Part shown: one piece after another, positions 1 through 9,447 of the stretch
Position numbering within the stretch: the first letter of the stretch is position 1
Layout: every line of letters begins with the position of its first letter
Source: a virus
Lineage: Duplodnaviria > Heunggongvirae > Uroviricota > Caudoviricetes
Length of the DNA stretch: 26,985 bases
Reading direction: 5' to 3' (one strand)
Virus record (IMG/VR): IMGVR_UViG_2579779007_000002
Notes under the pieces: model-generated
Databases searched by the model: none
What the model saw: the letters and a program-made list of their open reading frames with translations, nothing else
What the model was told of the DNA's origin: nothing
Position numbers and translations under genes: made by a program

Positions 1-1353
1 GGGTAACAGCGGAGCCATTCTTCCGCCGCTCCGTCCGCGACGACCGCCGCCACTCCCGTAGCCACCAAATCCACGGGGCCAGTTGATGACAAACACACGC
101 TGAATGCCGATACCCTGCAACAGCGTCTCAGACGTCATGGCATCAGGGACCGGCAGACCTGCCTGCCCACGTTTGCGGTTTCGCATCCAGCGCCACATAC
201 GACGCCCGGTTTTAAACGGATAACTGGCAACCTGCCATGAGGGTTTTGCCACGGCCCAGCCTGCTCTCAGGGCTTTATTGGCAAGCCAGACAGACACCAG
301 AACAGCAGCCAGTTTTTTCAGGCTGACAATATTCTGGTCAACCCATGCCAGCGCATCTTTACCCGGTTTCAGCCAGCGCCATAATTCCTGCGCCGCGATT
401 TTTACCGTTCTGAACGTGGTCAGAAATTTCTGACCAATGTTTTCTGCCAGTGCGTCAAGTTCCCCGGATTTATCCGCCATGTCGTGCCAGTTAAGCACCC
501 GGCGCATCTCGTTCTTGATTTCTTCAAAGGGGCCGCTGTTTGCCACCTTTATGCGAAATTCAAGCAGGTTGGCTTCCATCTGGGCGAACATCCCGTCCCA
601 GGAGTTCATCGCACTGGCCTGTGCACCTTTTGACTGTTCTGACAGCGTTCTGAATACCGTCAGAATGGATTTCAGGCCCAGCTTGCCTTTTTCACCTTGT
701 TTGCGGATATCCTTAACGTCTTTACCCAGTGCATCCGCCAGCGTCTGGTAAACGTTAATACCGTAACCGGTCAGCAGGTTGGCATCCGCCGCTGTGATTT
801 GCTGGCGGGCAAACATCTGTTTCAGTTGCAGTGAGGCACCCTGTGCAGTGGGTAAATCCCAGCCGTGCATGGCCCCCTGATCCTGCAACATGGTGATGAA
901 CTGTTTCGTCTGTTCATCCGTCATGCCGAAGCCTTTTGACGAACGGATCTCATCCAGAACACCACTCAGCCCCCACGTGGTGTCCTTCGCGTTCTGCTTT
1001 GCCCAGGCCATCATGGCCTGCGCTCTGACCTTATCGCCGTGATACAGCGAGTTCATGGCGATAATCTGTTGCTCTCGCTGGGCGGCTGCACCAATAAACA
1101 GTTTATTGGCGGTGTAACCCACGCCAGCGATACCCAGCGCCCCGGCTGACAGCATTCGGAATGTACGGGTTGACAGAGAACCCATTCTGTCAATGGCACC
1201 AGAAACGCGCACAACCTCCATACGCAGGGCACGAAGGGAACTTTGCCCGCTACGGGACAGGGCGTTTATCTGGTTCGAATACTGGCGGGAACGCCGGGAA
1301 AGATTGCCATTAAGATCAATAATGACAGACGCCTTTAAGCGTTTCCCGGTCAT
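1..1353 (-). CDS. tail tape measure protein, N-terminal part (3' end lies beyond window start)
   Basis: Minus-strand reading frame open from ATG at 1353 (AGGAAA Shine-Dalgarno a few nt upstream) to the window edge; it is not in the ORF track because no stop is in the window. Position directly after tube and chaperone genes; Gly/Arg-rich stretch near the edge. Confidence 0.7.
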   Translation of the reverse strand, partial: MTGKRLKASVIIDLNGNLSRRSRQYSNQINALSRSGQSSLRALRMEVVRVSGAIDRMGSLSTRTFRMLSAGALGIAGVGYTANKLFIGAAAQREQQIIAMNSLYHGDKVRAQAMMAWAKQNAKDTTWGLSGVLDEIRSSKGFGMTDEQTKQFITMLQDQGAMHGWDLPTAQGASLQLKQMFARQQITAADANLLTGYGINVYQTLADALGKDVKDIRKQGEKGKLGLKSILTVFRTLSEQSKGAQASAMNSWDGMFAQMEANLLEFRIKVANSGPFEEIKNEMRRVLNWHDMADKSGELDALAENIGQKFLTTFRTVKIAAQELWRWLKPGKDALAWVDQNIVSLKKLAAVLVSVWLANKALRAGWAVAKPSWQVASYPFKTGRRMWRWMRNRKRGQAGLPVPDAMTSETLLQGIGIQRVFVINWPRGFGGYGSGGGRRGRSGGRMAPLLP

Positions 1354-1497
1354 AGAGATTTCCTGATTTAACGGTGATATTGAGAGAGGGTTTTCGCCTG
1401 CTGGCAGTGCCGGAAAAAGCGGGACAGCGGGAGAGACAAGGCCCATTCCGGGCCACTTTTCAGAATAACGCCAATCGCTGTCGCCGCTTTCTCAATA

Positions 1498-1932
1498 TCA
1501 TTCCGGCACCGCAGCCACTCGCCCCCGTTCTTGCGTCAGCGATGCCGCCACAGCCATGTCGTGCATCTCTGTAGCCAGCGACAGACGCTGGAAGTCATCG
1601 ACAGACAGCTTGCGCATCAGCGCCAGCGATAACGGGCCTTTGATGCAGCCCACGCTGGCAATCTGTCGGCGCAGCATTTCCAGTCCCATCCGGGACGGGG
1701 AACTGACCAGCACCGGGCCTTCCTTGCTCATTACCAGCTTTTCAGCAGCCGCCTGGGCATCAATCAGATCGCCTGCGGTCAGTTCACGCAGTGTCACGTC
1801 ATACTGCATTTCAGTCTCGTCACCAGTGCCGAACGGCAGGCCGTCTTTCAGTTTCAGACCACCGGACTGAAGCTCAGCCACAATGCTGTCATGCAGTTCC
1901 TGTGCTTCAGGACTTAAATTCATTTCGTCCAT
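1498..1932 (-). CDS. tail assembly chaperone-like protein (Mu gp41 position)
   Basis: 144 aa acidic ORF between tail tube and tape measure genes, the conserved position of the tail chaperone in contractile-tail phages. Confidence 0.55.
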   Translation of the reverse strand: MDEMNLSPEAQELHDSIVAELQSGGLKLKDGLPFGTGDETEMQYDVTLRELTAGDLIDAQAAAEKLVMSKEGPVLVSSPSRMGLEMLRRQIASVGCIKGPLSLALMRKLSVDDFQRLSLATEMHDMAVAASLTQERGRVAAVPE

Positions 1933-1941
1933 TGTTTCCCC

Positions 1942-2298
1942 TTATGCAATGCGTTTGCTTTGTTTTGCCATCAGTACCAGCGAAATTTCGCCGCCGTCGT
2001 TTTTCGGTTCATCTGCCTGCCAGGCATTCGCCATCATCCAGGTTTCACCGGTGTCTGCCTGAAACTCTGCCGTGATGTTTTCCCAGCCGATGATTTCATC
2101 CAGACCGATATCACCACCGCCCGGAATTTTGCATTCCAGCTTTGCGGCACGTGGTTTACCTTTCCAGCCATAAACCCGCGAGCCGGTCACTTCTTCACGG
2201 GTGATGCCGGAAGGCGTGAAGGAGGCCCCTTCCATCGTTTCAAGCTCCATGCCATTGACACGGATGAACGCCACCCCCTGACGCTGATTTCCAGCCAT
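1942..2298 (-). CDS. M: tail tube protein
   Basis: 118 aa ORF immediately downstream of the sheath gene; size and position match Mu tail tube. Confidence 0.7.
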   Translation of the reverse strand: MAGNQRQGVAFIRVNGMELETMEGASFTPSGITREEVTGSRVYGWKGKPRAAKLECKIPGGGDIGLDEIIGWENITAEFQADTGETWMMANAWQADEPKNDGGEISLVLMAKQSKRIA

Positions 2299-2307
2299 AA
2301 ATGCTCC

Positions 2308-3795
2308 TTACAGAATGAACTGAACTTGTGCCGCGAAAATGCGGAACTGGTTAATCAGATTCGGGCCGCACAGCACATCAAGACGGTCTTTGTCGTCCTT
2401 GTTACGTGCCACATACAGCTCCTCTTTGAACGTGTCGAAATCCTCGACCAGTCCGGCGTTTTCCCATTCTTCAAACAGTGCCAGCAGCTCCGTTTTGATC
2501 ACGGATGGCGTCACCACGGCCTGACCGGTGGCAAAGCGGGTGCCATCACTTGCCAGCTTGTAGTTCGGGAATTTCTGCGTGATGCGGGTTCGCAGCGAAT
2601 AACGCAGATAACTCAGCGTGGCGATGGTATTCACGTTCAGATAAGACGGATCACTGTCACCGTACTTGTTTGTGCGGTACATCGTGATCATGCGTTCAAT
2701 CTGCATTTCACCACCATCATTCACGTTAAACGTGGAGATGCCGTCAAACAGCAGCGCATTACGTTCTGACCAGGTGAAACGATCCCCCACCGCAGGCGGC
2801 ATTCTTCCGGGTAACGTCAGCGTCTGGAGTGGACGCGCCGGGTCGATGGAAAGCGCCTGGCTGGCAACGGCACACAGGGTGGCGGCGTACAGATATGACG
2901 GTTCCGGTGCACCGGCAATCCCCATACAGGAAATCAGATGGTCATTACGGCTGACACCAAACGTGGAAATATCCCCATACGTGCCGGACAGCACTGTCAC
3001 GGCAAAGCCATCAGCCTGATTGACTGGTCCCCAGCGTTCCTGCAATTCAGTGCGTAACAGATTCAGGTTCGGTTCATCGGTATAGGGCATCACAATATAT
3101 TTGTATTGCAGATCGCCCATTCCCGCGATACTTGCGCTGATATCCGGGTTGCTGTTTTTCCCGGATGCGGCTTTGAATGCCGTGATAATCCCGTAAGGGG
3201 TGGTTTCACCCGCGTAATAGTTCCAGCGCACGTCCACGGCAGATAATGCACCCGTAAATTTTGCACTCAGAACCACATCTGCATGGGTGTCATCATCCCC
3301 GCTGTCTGCGCGAACTTCTGCCGTCACCGGTAAATCAGGCTGGCCTTTGATTCGGGCAACCAGCAGGTCAGCCAGCGCCGCTCCCGTTGCACCTGCTGCG
3401 ACAGATACCGCCAGTCGCTGACCGGCAATGTAAGTCACAAGCGAGCCGTTTTCGCCTGCCGTTCCTGACAGTGAAATTTCACCGACAGCAGCATTACCGG
3501 TGCCGTTCCCCTGCGGAATACACCACAGCTCCGCCACGCGGTTAGCGTTCAGGAATGCATCTGCCATCAGTGCCAGCATGGAACCCTGACCAAACGCCGC
3601 ACAGGCCTGTGAGCCGGAACGGATACGGACAGGCACGTTTGGTGCCGCACTGGCTTTACTTCCGCTTTGCCCGAACATCAGCACGCGCTGACGGGGTGCC
3701 GGTGTTCCGCTGACGGCATTACTGTTATCAAATTCGATATACGTCAGAGGAACGCGAACATCTGACGGGATCGCGTTAAATGAAATATCGCTCAT
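2308..3795 (-). CDS. L: contractile tail sheath protein
   Basis: 495 aa ORF with sheath-like composition, same length as Mu L, followed by the tube gene. Confidence 0.85.
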   Translation of the reverse strand: MSDISFNAIPSDVRVPLTYIEFDNSNAVSGTPAPRQRVLMFGQSGSKASAAPNVPVRIRSGSQACAAFGQGSMLALMADAFLNANRVAELWCIPQGNGTGNAAVGEISLSGTAGENGSLVTYIAGQRLAVSVAAGATGAALADLLVARIKGQPDLPVTAEVRADSGDDDTHADVVLSAKFTGALSAVDVRWNYYAGETTPYGIITAFKAASGKNSNPDISASIAGMGDLQYKYIVMPYTDEPNLNLLRTELQERWGPVNQADGFAVTVLSGTYGDISTFGVSRNDHLISCMGIAGAPEPSYLYAATLCAVASQALSIDPARPLQTLTLPGRMPPAVGDRFTWSERNALLFDGISTFNVNDGGEMQIERMITMYRTNKYGDSDPSYLNVNTIATLSYLRYSLRTRITQKFPNYKLASDGTRFATGQAVVTPSVIKTELLALFEEWENAGLVEDFDTFKEELYVARNKDDKDRLDVLCGPNLINQFRIFAAQVQFIL

Positions 3796-3998
3796 TTCGA
3801 TTTACTCCGTTTTTTCGGCGTAGCGTCGGTATCATCCGCCGTGTTTTCAGTGCTCCCGACTTCAACCACATCACCGGCTGCAAGGCGACGTATCCAGAAA
3901 CTGTTACGGGGCTTTTCTTCTCCCTCCGGAGCCAGTAATTTCATCGTGAGCGGGTCACGGATGGCTTTTCCCGCTGCGGGTTTAATTTTCAGCATCAT
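3792..3998 (-). CDS. small hypothetical protein (Mu gp38 position)
   Basis: 68 aa ORF whose start overlaps the upstream gene by 17 nt; conserved slot upstream of sheath. Confidence 0.5.
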   Translation of the reverse strand: MMLKIKPAAGKAIRDPLTMKLLAPEGEEKPRNSFWIRRLAAGDVVEVGSTENTADDTDATPKKRSKSK

Positions 3999-4530
3999 GA
4001 TCCTTTTCCTGATTCACATTGATATGTGCGGCAAATTCCGGGGTTTCGTCCGGGAATTTCCAGGTCTGCCAGTGACGCTCGTAATCATCCAGCGAATCCA
4101 TGTCCACCACGGACGGCAGCGGGGTAGTGCCACTGAACAGAACGCCGTAAAGCACCACACCGGCATTGATACGGTTGTCGTCACAAAGATTTCTGACCTG
4201 CGTCAGTCTCATCCCGGTGGTCGGGCCAAACGTCTGACCGTTAACACCGGCAATCAGTCGCTCCACAATCTGATAAATACCGGGCCGGTTTACCTGTTCC
4301 CCGTTCAGCAACTCCGCCACGACAAAAAATGCCCAGCGACTTTCAACTTCCCGACGCGTACGCCCCTCACCACAGCCCATCCATGCCAGAAATACCGATG
4401 GCGGGGCCAGAAAGAGACGGTGCACATCCTCGTTAGTCCATGTGCCGGTAAGGGGTTCCACCTGCCGCAGGGTTGCCCCAAACAACTCACGAACGCGCGC
4501 CAGCAGTGCGGCTTCGGTTTCTTCCAGCAT
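3982..4530 (-). CDS. head-tail joining / tail completion-like protein (Mu gp37 position)
   Basis: 182 aa ORF, start overlaps the stop of the upstream ORF (shared base 4530); syntenic with Mu J/K region. Confidence 0.55.
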   Translation of the reverse strand: MLEETEAALLARVRELFGATLRQVEPLTGTWTNEDVHRLFLAPPSVFLAWMGCGEGRTRREVESRWAFFVVAELLNGEQVNRPGIYQIVERLIAGVNGQTFGPTTGMRLTQVRNLCDDNRINAGVVLYGVLFSGTTPLPSVVDMDSLDDYERHWQTWKFPDETPEFAAHINVNQEKDHDAEN

Positions 4531-4955
4531 CAGATAAACCCCTTCTGTTTTCGTGAGAAGACCGGCGCGTCAGACTGCACCTGCACAAGGTTTTCACCAT
4601 CCGGCGAGGCTGCCGTCCTGCTTTCCACGCCGGGATCTGTTTTGCCATCGCGCACCTGTTCCAGCCAGCGCACAGTGTCCCTGTAGGCAGCGGTGATCTG
4701 CTCGGTGGGTTGTGATTCATTCAGATAAAACCAGGCCACCACGCAACACTGCCGTTTCAGCAGTGAGGGGACGACGGTAAGCGGCAGAACAAAGCGCGCT
4801 GCGAGATAGCCATCAATAAAGGCCGAGGCATCTGCCAGTGCCTGTTCTGCCACGGCATCATCCGGCTGCCCGTCCGCTGTTTTAGGGCGGGTGAGAATAT
4901 CCAGCCGCGTACGTGTATAGCGGGCGCACAGGTCATTTACCGTCGCGTAATTCAT
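4530..4955 (-). CDS. head-tail connector-like protein (Mu gp36 position)
   Basis: 141 aa ORF, 4-nt overlap with the upstream gene; syntenic with Mu. Confidence 0.55.
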   Translation of the reverse strand: MNYATVNDLCARYTRTRLDILTRPKTADGQPDDAVAEQALADASAFIDGYLAARFVLPLTVVPSLLKRQCCVVAWFYLNESQPTEQITAAYRDTVRWLEQVRDGKTDPGVESRTAASPDGENLVQVQSDAPVFSRKQKGFI

Positions 4956-5362
4956 GCATCCGCCTCAGCCAGCGCCGCTTTGATTTGCGCACTGCTCACC
5001 GGTTCCCCCAGCGCCGCACTGACGGCTTTCACTTTGGGTTCTCCCCCTGCGGTAAAGTGCTCCGGGTTTGCCTTATCCAGACCGGCAACGGTCGCACGGA
5101 TACGGGTATTCAGATCGCCCACACCCAGAACGTCCAGCCCCCCAGCCTCAGCGAGCGTTTCTGCTGACGATGCAGATACCACAGACAGCACGCTGTCGGC
5201 ACGAATGATCGCCAGTTGTTCTTCGGTGACTTCCACGGTGTTTTCGCCACGCGTAAAGGCGATTCCGGCGCGGCGGTAGACCGGACGAAGGCATTTAATA
5301 ATCGCCGTGCAAGTGATGCGAGAAGTGTCCAGCCGTTGTGAATTAAGCGAAGTGCCTGACAT
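4952..5362 (-). CDS. hypothetical virion protein (Mu gp35 position)
   Basis: 136 aa ORF with strong GGAGGAG Shine-Dalgarno upstream of ATG at 5362; first gene after the terminator that follows the capsid gene. Confidence 0.5.
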   Translation of the reverse strand: MSGTSLNSQRLDTSRITCTAIIKCLRPVYRRAGIAFTRGENTVEVTEEQLAIIRADSVLSVVSASSAETLAEAGGLDVLGVGDLNTRIRATVAGLDKANPEHFTAGGEPKVKAVSAALGEPVSSAQIKAALAEADA

Positions 5363-5396
5363 AACACATGCTCCTCCTTTTCCTTTAAATCAGGTT

Positions 5397-5420
5397 AAAA
5401 GGCGGTCTGAACCGCCTTTT
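5397..5420 (-). terminator. intrinsic terminator/attenuator hairpin downstream of major head gene
   Basis: AAAAGGCGGT-ctga-ACCGCCTTTT: GC-rich stem flanked by A and T runs, 8 nt after the T stop codon; works in both orientations. Confidence 0.5.
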
Positions 5421-5428
5421 AATGACGG

Positions 5429-6346
5429 TTACAGGTAGTCAGCGACAACCAGTTGCAGCTTGCCCTTCATCTCGTTGGAGACGGTGGTATTGCCATCCGC
5501 GAACAGTTCACGGTTAAGCAGTTGCTCTGCGGCTTTTTCCAGCCCGACCGGTACAACGATATGCGTCGGCTTCAGGCCCAGCTTCTTACCGCCATCACCT
5601 TCAAAAGAGCGCATCAGTTGCCAGCCCTTCCAGAGGTTATCCAGCGTCAGATCGCCTTTTACCGCGACAGCCATCTGCCAGAAGCCGTAACCGGCAGCAC
5701 GGCGGGCGCTGACACCAAACAGGAACTCGTTATCCATAAAAACGTGGTCGTCATCGATACGGGTACGTGCGACCAGCTCCGGTTTGCGGCGCTCCTGGAA
5801 AATCAGCGGTTTGACTGCGCGGGAGCAGTCCAGCAGATAGAACGGCAGACCGCTGAAGCTGTCCTGCTCAACGATGTTGGAGGTATTAACCGCGCTGCCC
5901 GTGCCGTCCACATTCGGATATACCGGATGCTCCTTGTCGAAGAAGTTCTGACCGTCATAGCACGGCTGGGTAAAGCCATCTTTCAGAAGTTTAAAAATCA
6001 GCTCATCCGGTTGAACTGCCGCAGAACGGCCCATCTCCTGAAAAATCGGCGCATAAATACCCAGATTGTCATCATCGAAGTCATCACGGGAAATACCCAC
6101 GGTGCCTTCAAACGTTTTATTGGCGATGGAGTAGCCATGCGCTTCCATTTGCTGAATGGTTCGCTTACCCACCCATTCTTTCAGGGTCGGGAATTTACCC
6201 AGCCAGCCATAGGTATTACTGCGGGTGGAAGATTTCACCACCATTGCAATTTTGCTGTACTGCGACGGGGCGTCTTCAAGACCGCCCTGAAAATCCTTAC
6301 GCCAGGAGGTCATCAGGGCTTTAATGGATGCCGGGGTGACAATCAT
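5429..6346 (-). CDS. T: major head (capsid) protein
   Basis: 305 aa ORF, same length as Mu T, directly downstream of protease/scaffold gene with a 4-nt overlap. Confidence 0.85.
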   Translation of the reverse strand: MIVTPASIKALMTSWRKDFQGGLEDAPSQYSKIAMVVKSSTRSNTYGWLGKFPTLKEWVGKRTIQQMEAHGYSIANKTFEGTVGISRDDFDDDNLGIYAPIFQEMGRSAAVQPDELIFKLLKDGFTQPCYDGQNFFDKEHPVYPNVDGTGSAVNTSNIVEQDSFSGLPFYLLDCSRAVKPLIFQERRKPELVARTRIDDDHVFMDNEFLFGVSARRAAGYGFWQMAVAVKGDLTLDNLWKGWQLMRSFEGDGGKKLGLKPTHIVVPVGLEKAAEQLLNRELFADGNTTVSNEMKGKLQLVVADYL

Positions 6347-7428
6347 TTTTCTTGTTCCTGTTTCATTTTCAGATACTCAGCCTCAGTAATGCCGAGCGCC
6401 TTCACTGCTGCCTGTTCATCAGCAGACAGCACCGCCACCGCCGGTTTTTCCTGCGACGGGATTTTCGCTGTGGTGGTCTGCATGGCAGATAACGCAGCGA
6501 TGGGCTGTTTTTTCTCAAGCTGTGCCGACAGTGCCGCCACGCCAATCTGACCGCCAAGCTGTTCCAGATAGGTACGTTCGCTTTTGAAAATGCGGCCTTC
6601 CTGTTCCGCCTTGTCCAGAACGGCGCTCAGGCTGGCTGTGGTGCTTTGTGCAGTCGCCTGTGCCAGTTCATCACGCAGGGCGTTGTAGCTTTCCACAGGG
6701 ACGTATTTCGTCAGGTCAACGGCGGCTTTCTGTGCCTTTTCCAGTTCGGCGGATAACGACGCCACTTTTCCGGCATCTGTTTCGAGCGCATCAAGCGCAC
6801 TCAGGGCCGCGCTGGCCTGTTCATCGGTGATGTCTGCATTTTCGGGGACAGTCACCCCAAGACGCGCAAGCAGCTTGCGCAGCGTTTCATTCATGGGTTT
6901 GTTCTCCTGTTGAAGGATGTCGGGAAGGTCTGCCGCCAGTGCGGTCAGCTTTTTCATGCCGGTGGCACCGGGGTCATTGGTCAGCGCAGCAAGGCGGATT
7001 TGCAGCACCGCACCGGTGGCGGTGTCATACGGAAAAACTGCAGAGAGATAACCAAATTCGCCGTCATCGATGCGCTGCTGGGCCGCCGCCGTCCAGCGTG
7101 GGTGGATAAATAACCCTTCACCTTCACGCCACTGCATTTCATCGGCGTTAAACCAGCCAGCCGCGACGAGTTGTTCCGGGGGTAATCCTTTGTCCTTACG
7201 TAGCTGGTTATGCTCGTAATCAATCAGCACGTCCTGGTTGAGCACGCGAACGCCTTCAACCAGACGCCCGGCAATATCACCGTCGATGAACCACCCCTGA
7301 CCGCCTGTCACATCAAACGGACGACCATCACGGGCACTGAAATGACCGGCAGGCAATAGCTGGCACCAGCCGTCATCGTCAATGGACAGCGCATTCAGTG
7401 CGGCAATGCCAATCGCGTGTTTTTTCAT
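6343..7428 (-). CDS. I: head maturation protease / scaffold protein (Mu I; scaffold Z expected from internal in-frame start)
   Basis: 361 aa ORF with Ala/Glu/Gln-rich coiled-coil C-terminal half typical of scaffold; position between G and T. Confidence 0.8.
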   Translation of the reverse strand: MKKHAIGIAALNALSIDDDGWCQLLPAGHFSARDGRPFDVTGGQGWFIDGDIAGRLVEGVRVLNQDVLIDYEHNQLRKDKGLPPEQLVAAGWFNADEMQWREGEGLFIHPRWTAAAQQRIDDGEFGYLSAVFPYDTATGAVLQIRLAALTNDPGATGMKKLTALAADLPDILQQENKPMNETLRKLLARLGVTVPENADITDEQASAALSALDALETDAGKVASLSAELEKAQKAAVDLTKYVPVESYNALRDELAQATAQSTTASLSAVLDKAEQEGRIFKSERTYLEQLGGQIGVAALSAQLEKKQPIAALSAMQTTTAKIPSQEKPAVAVLSADEQAAVKALGITEAEYLKMKQEQEK

Positions 7429-7624
7429 GTCCTGCTGCTCATCATGGTTTGTGAGCAGTCAGTTTGCGGGAGGTGCGGGAAAATCTGGGGTTATGCTATT
7501 TGAGTACTGGAGAAAGAAAGTGGAAGGAAGATAAAACGGGATTCATACACCGTTAAATACCGGTTTAAAAATCCCGTGGCGCGTTTTAAAAAATCTGTGC
7601 GGCTGATTTCATGTCTGATTCCGT
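7429..7624 (-). promoter_or_regulatory. G-I intergenic region: expected C-dependent late promoter for I; candidate for the central strong gyrase site
   Basis: 196 bp non-coding gap inside an otherwise tightly packed late region, about 18.4-18.6 kb from the inferred left end; AT-rich dyad around an ACCGGT core at 7553-7570. Confidence 0.4.
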
Positions 7625-8095
7625 TTATTGCCTCAGAGCGGCGCTGACGCGTTTTCTGATGGCATCAAAAATTTCCTGTTCCCCGGTCTTATCCAGCCCC
7701 ATATAAGGACGCGCAGGAACGCCTGCCGGGCGGGGTGCCATATCGGGTGTACCGCCCCACTGATGAATGGCAGCATAAATTTTTGGCGAACCAATCAGAG
7801 CATAATCCTGTCCATAATCGGTGGTAATGCTGCGTGCCAGATCGCCATGCAGGGTAAGAATACTGCCCGGAACAAAACCATGATCCTGACGCCATGCCTG
7901 CCACGAATCGCTCCACGCTTCCCAGCCTTTCCCTGTATCCGGGTCTGCCTGCCGTTCAAATGCCTGTTCCGTGGATGACAGCAGCGCCGCAGCCATCACA
8001 CGGGGAATGGCGCGGTCACGTGTAACGGTTCCCAGTTCATCCAGTGCAAGCTGAATACGTCGCACATCCACGGCAACGTTCATATCAAGACTCAC
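7625..8095 (-). CDS. G: virion morphogenesis protein (Mu G-like)
   Basis: 156 aa ORF, same length and position as Mu G, 4-nt overlap with F. Confidence 0.7.
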   Translation of the reverse strand: MSLDMNVAVDVRRIQLALDELGTVTRDRAIPRVMAAALLSSTEQAFERQADPDTGKGWEAWSDSWQAWRQDHGFVPGSILTLHGDLARSITTDYGQDYALIGSPKIYAAIHQWGGTPDMAPRPAGVPARPYMGLDKTGEQEIFDAIRKRVSAALRQ

Positions 8096-9447
8096 TTATT
8101 CACCTCCACATGCCCCTCCAGTACGTCAATCATCCCGTCAGCAATCGCGGCTTCAAGCGACTGTGCAGATACGCGGCTGATACTGACCAGCACATCCGCA
8201 CGGTCATTCTGTCTGCCGACTGTCTGTGATGTTCTGACCACAATCCGGGCCATGCCGTCACGGGTTGCCACGACATACAGCAACTGGTGGTTCTCCCTGT
8301 CCCACAATACCGCCTGTGGTTTTGCCATCAGCGACGGCAGACGCTGTAAATCCTCCGGTTTCAGGGCGGCATCAGCAGTGGTCGCCAGACTTTTCCCGTT
8401 CATCACAAGCAGACGGGCTGGCATATTCCCGGTGCGCTGATGTACGGCTTCAGCTACCGATTCCGTCATAAAACCCAGTGCCCGGATTTCATGACCGGTC
8501 TGACGTGATCCTGCCAGGCGTTTAAGCCAGAGGGAAAAAGCAAGCTGACGCTCCCGGCTGTTATTCAGCGTCTGCACAACCTGCTCACGCAACTGCGCGT
8601 CGCGAATTTCCACCAGTTTTCGAATCAGTGCCTGATCCGTACCAAACGCCGCCGAACCCGGGTTATATGACCAGCCCACATCCGGCGTCATTTTTACCCG
8701 ACCGTTGTCAAACGTGGTTGACGATGTGCGGAAAATCTCTCCGGTGCTTTCATCCGTACCGGCATCCACTTCGCGGGTATTCATGAATGACGCACCATAA
8801 CTGACCTGTAGCCCCAGTTCTTTCATGCGGGCCGCAGACAGCGCCCGGACGCGACAGCGGCAGTTCCAGCCATTGGGCGGGTAATGCGTCTGCCAGAAAA
8901 TGTCGTCATACCTGAAAACCATATTGTGCAGCCGCGCATGTTCCGGGCGTGTTCTGCCATCCATAACGGCAACGTACTGCCAGTACGGGTACAAATCGGC
9001 GGTATTCATCATCTGCGCATAACGTCCTGCCCCATACGCCGTACGGGTATTGACGTTATAAATGGTTGCCAGACGACGCGGACTACCCAGCTCGATTACC
9101 TTTGCGTTTCCCTCTGCATCCACGATGATTTGTTTTCCCCACCATCCGAGTTTTTGCAGCCGGGGGGCCAGTGTGCGGGTAAATTCCTCACGGGTGATGC
9201 CTTCACTGACAGCCCGCTCCACTTCCTCACGGATTGTGGTCAGTACATCCATCCGGGTGGCTTTGGCAACGGTAAAGGCGCGTGCGTGCGCGTCTGCCAG
9301 TTGTTCGTACCAGTTCCAGGTGATGTTGTAGCCTTTGGCGCGGAAATACGCGACAGCCTCCTTTGGCGGGAGGCGTGCGGCATACGCCAGATCAATGGTC
9401 TGCTGCGGCATCCAGACGCCCCCATATATCGGCAACAAAAATGGCAC
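8092..9447 (-). CDS. F: head morphogenesis protein (Mu F-like)
   Basis: 451 aa ORF downstream of portal; true start may be the internal Met at 9411, since 9447 overlaps portal by 56 nt. Confidence 0.8.
   Translation of the reverse strand: MPFLLPIYGGVWMPQQTIDLAYAARLPPKEAVAYFRAKGYNITWNWYEQLADAHARAFTVAKATRMDVLTTIREEVERAVSEGITREEFTRTLAPRLQKLGWWGKQIIVDAEGNAKVIELGSPRRLATIYNVNTRTAYGAGRYAQMMNTADLYPYWQYVAVMDGRTRPEHARLHNMVFRYDDIFWQTHYPPNGWNCRCRVRALSAARMKELGLQVSYGASFMNTREVDAGTDESTGEIFRTSSTTFDNGRVKMTPDVGWSYNPGSAAFGTDQALIRKLVEIRDAQLREQVVQTLNNSRERQLAFSLWLKRLAGSRQTGHEIRALGFMTESVAEAVHQRTGNMPARLLVMNGKSLATTADAALKPEDLQRLPSLMAKPQAVLWDRENHQLLYVVATRDGMARIVVRTSQTVGRQNDRADVLVSISRVSAQSLEAAIADGMIDVLEGHVEVNK

Noticed and set aside
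1354-1497. Possible programmed frameshift extension of the tail chaperone gene into the 144-bp gap before the tape measure gene
   Set aside because: Two of the three minus-strand frames are open across the gap (one is simply the upstream extension of the tape measure frame, with an alternative ATG at 1446 lacking a Shine-Dalgarno). I could not identify a slippery heptamer, so the evidence is not discriminating.
1960-2769. Long plus-strand ORFs antisense to late genes (this one 269 aa; also 3841..4686, 5453..6550, 13991..14869, 16781..17440, 8884..9465)
   Set aside because: They lie opposite well-supported structural genes, have Cys/Arg/His-rich low-complexity composition and no ribosome-binding sites; typical spurious antisense frames in GC-rich coding DNA.
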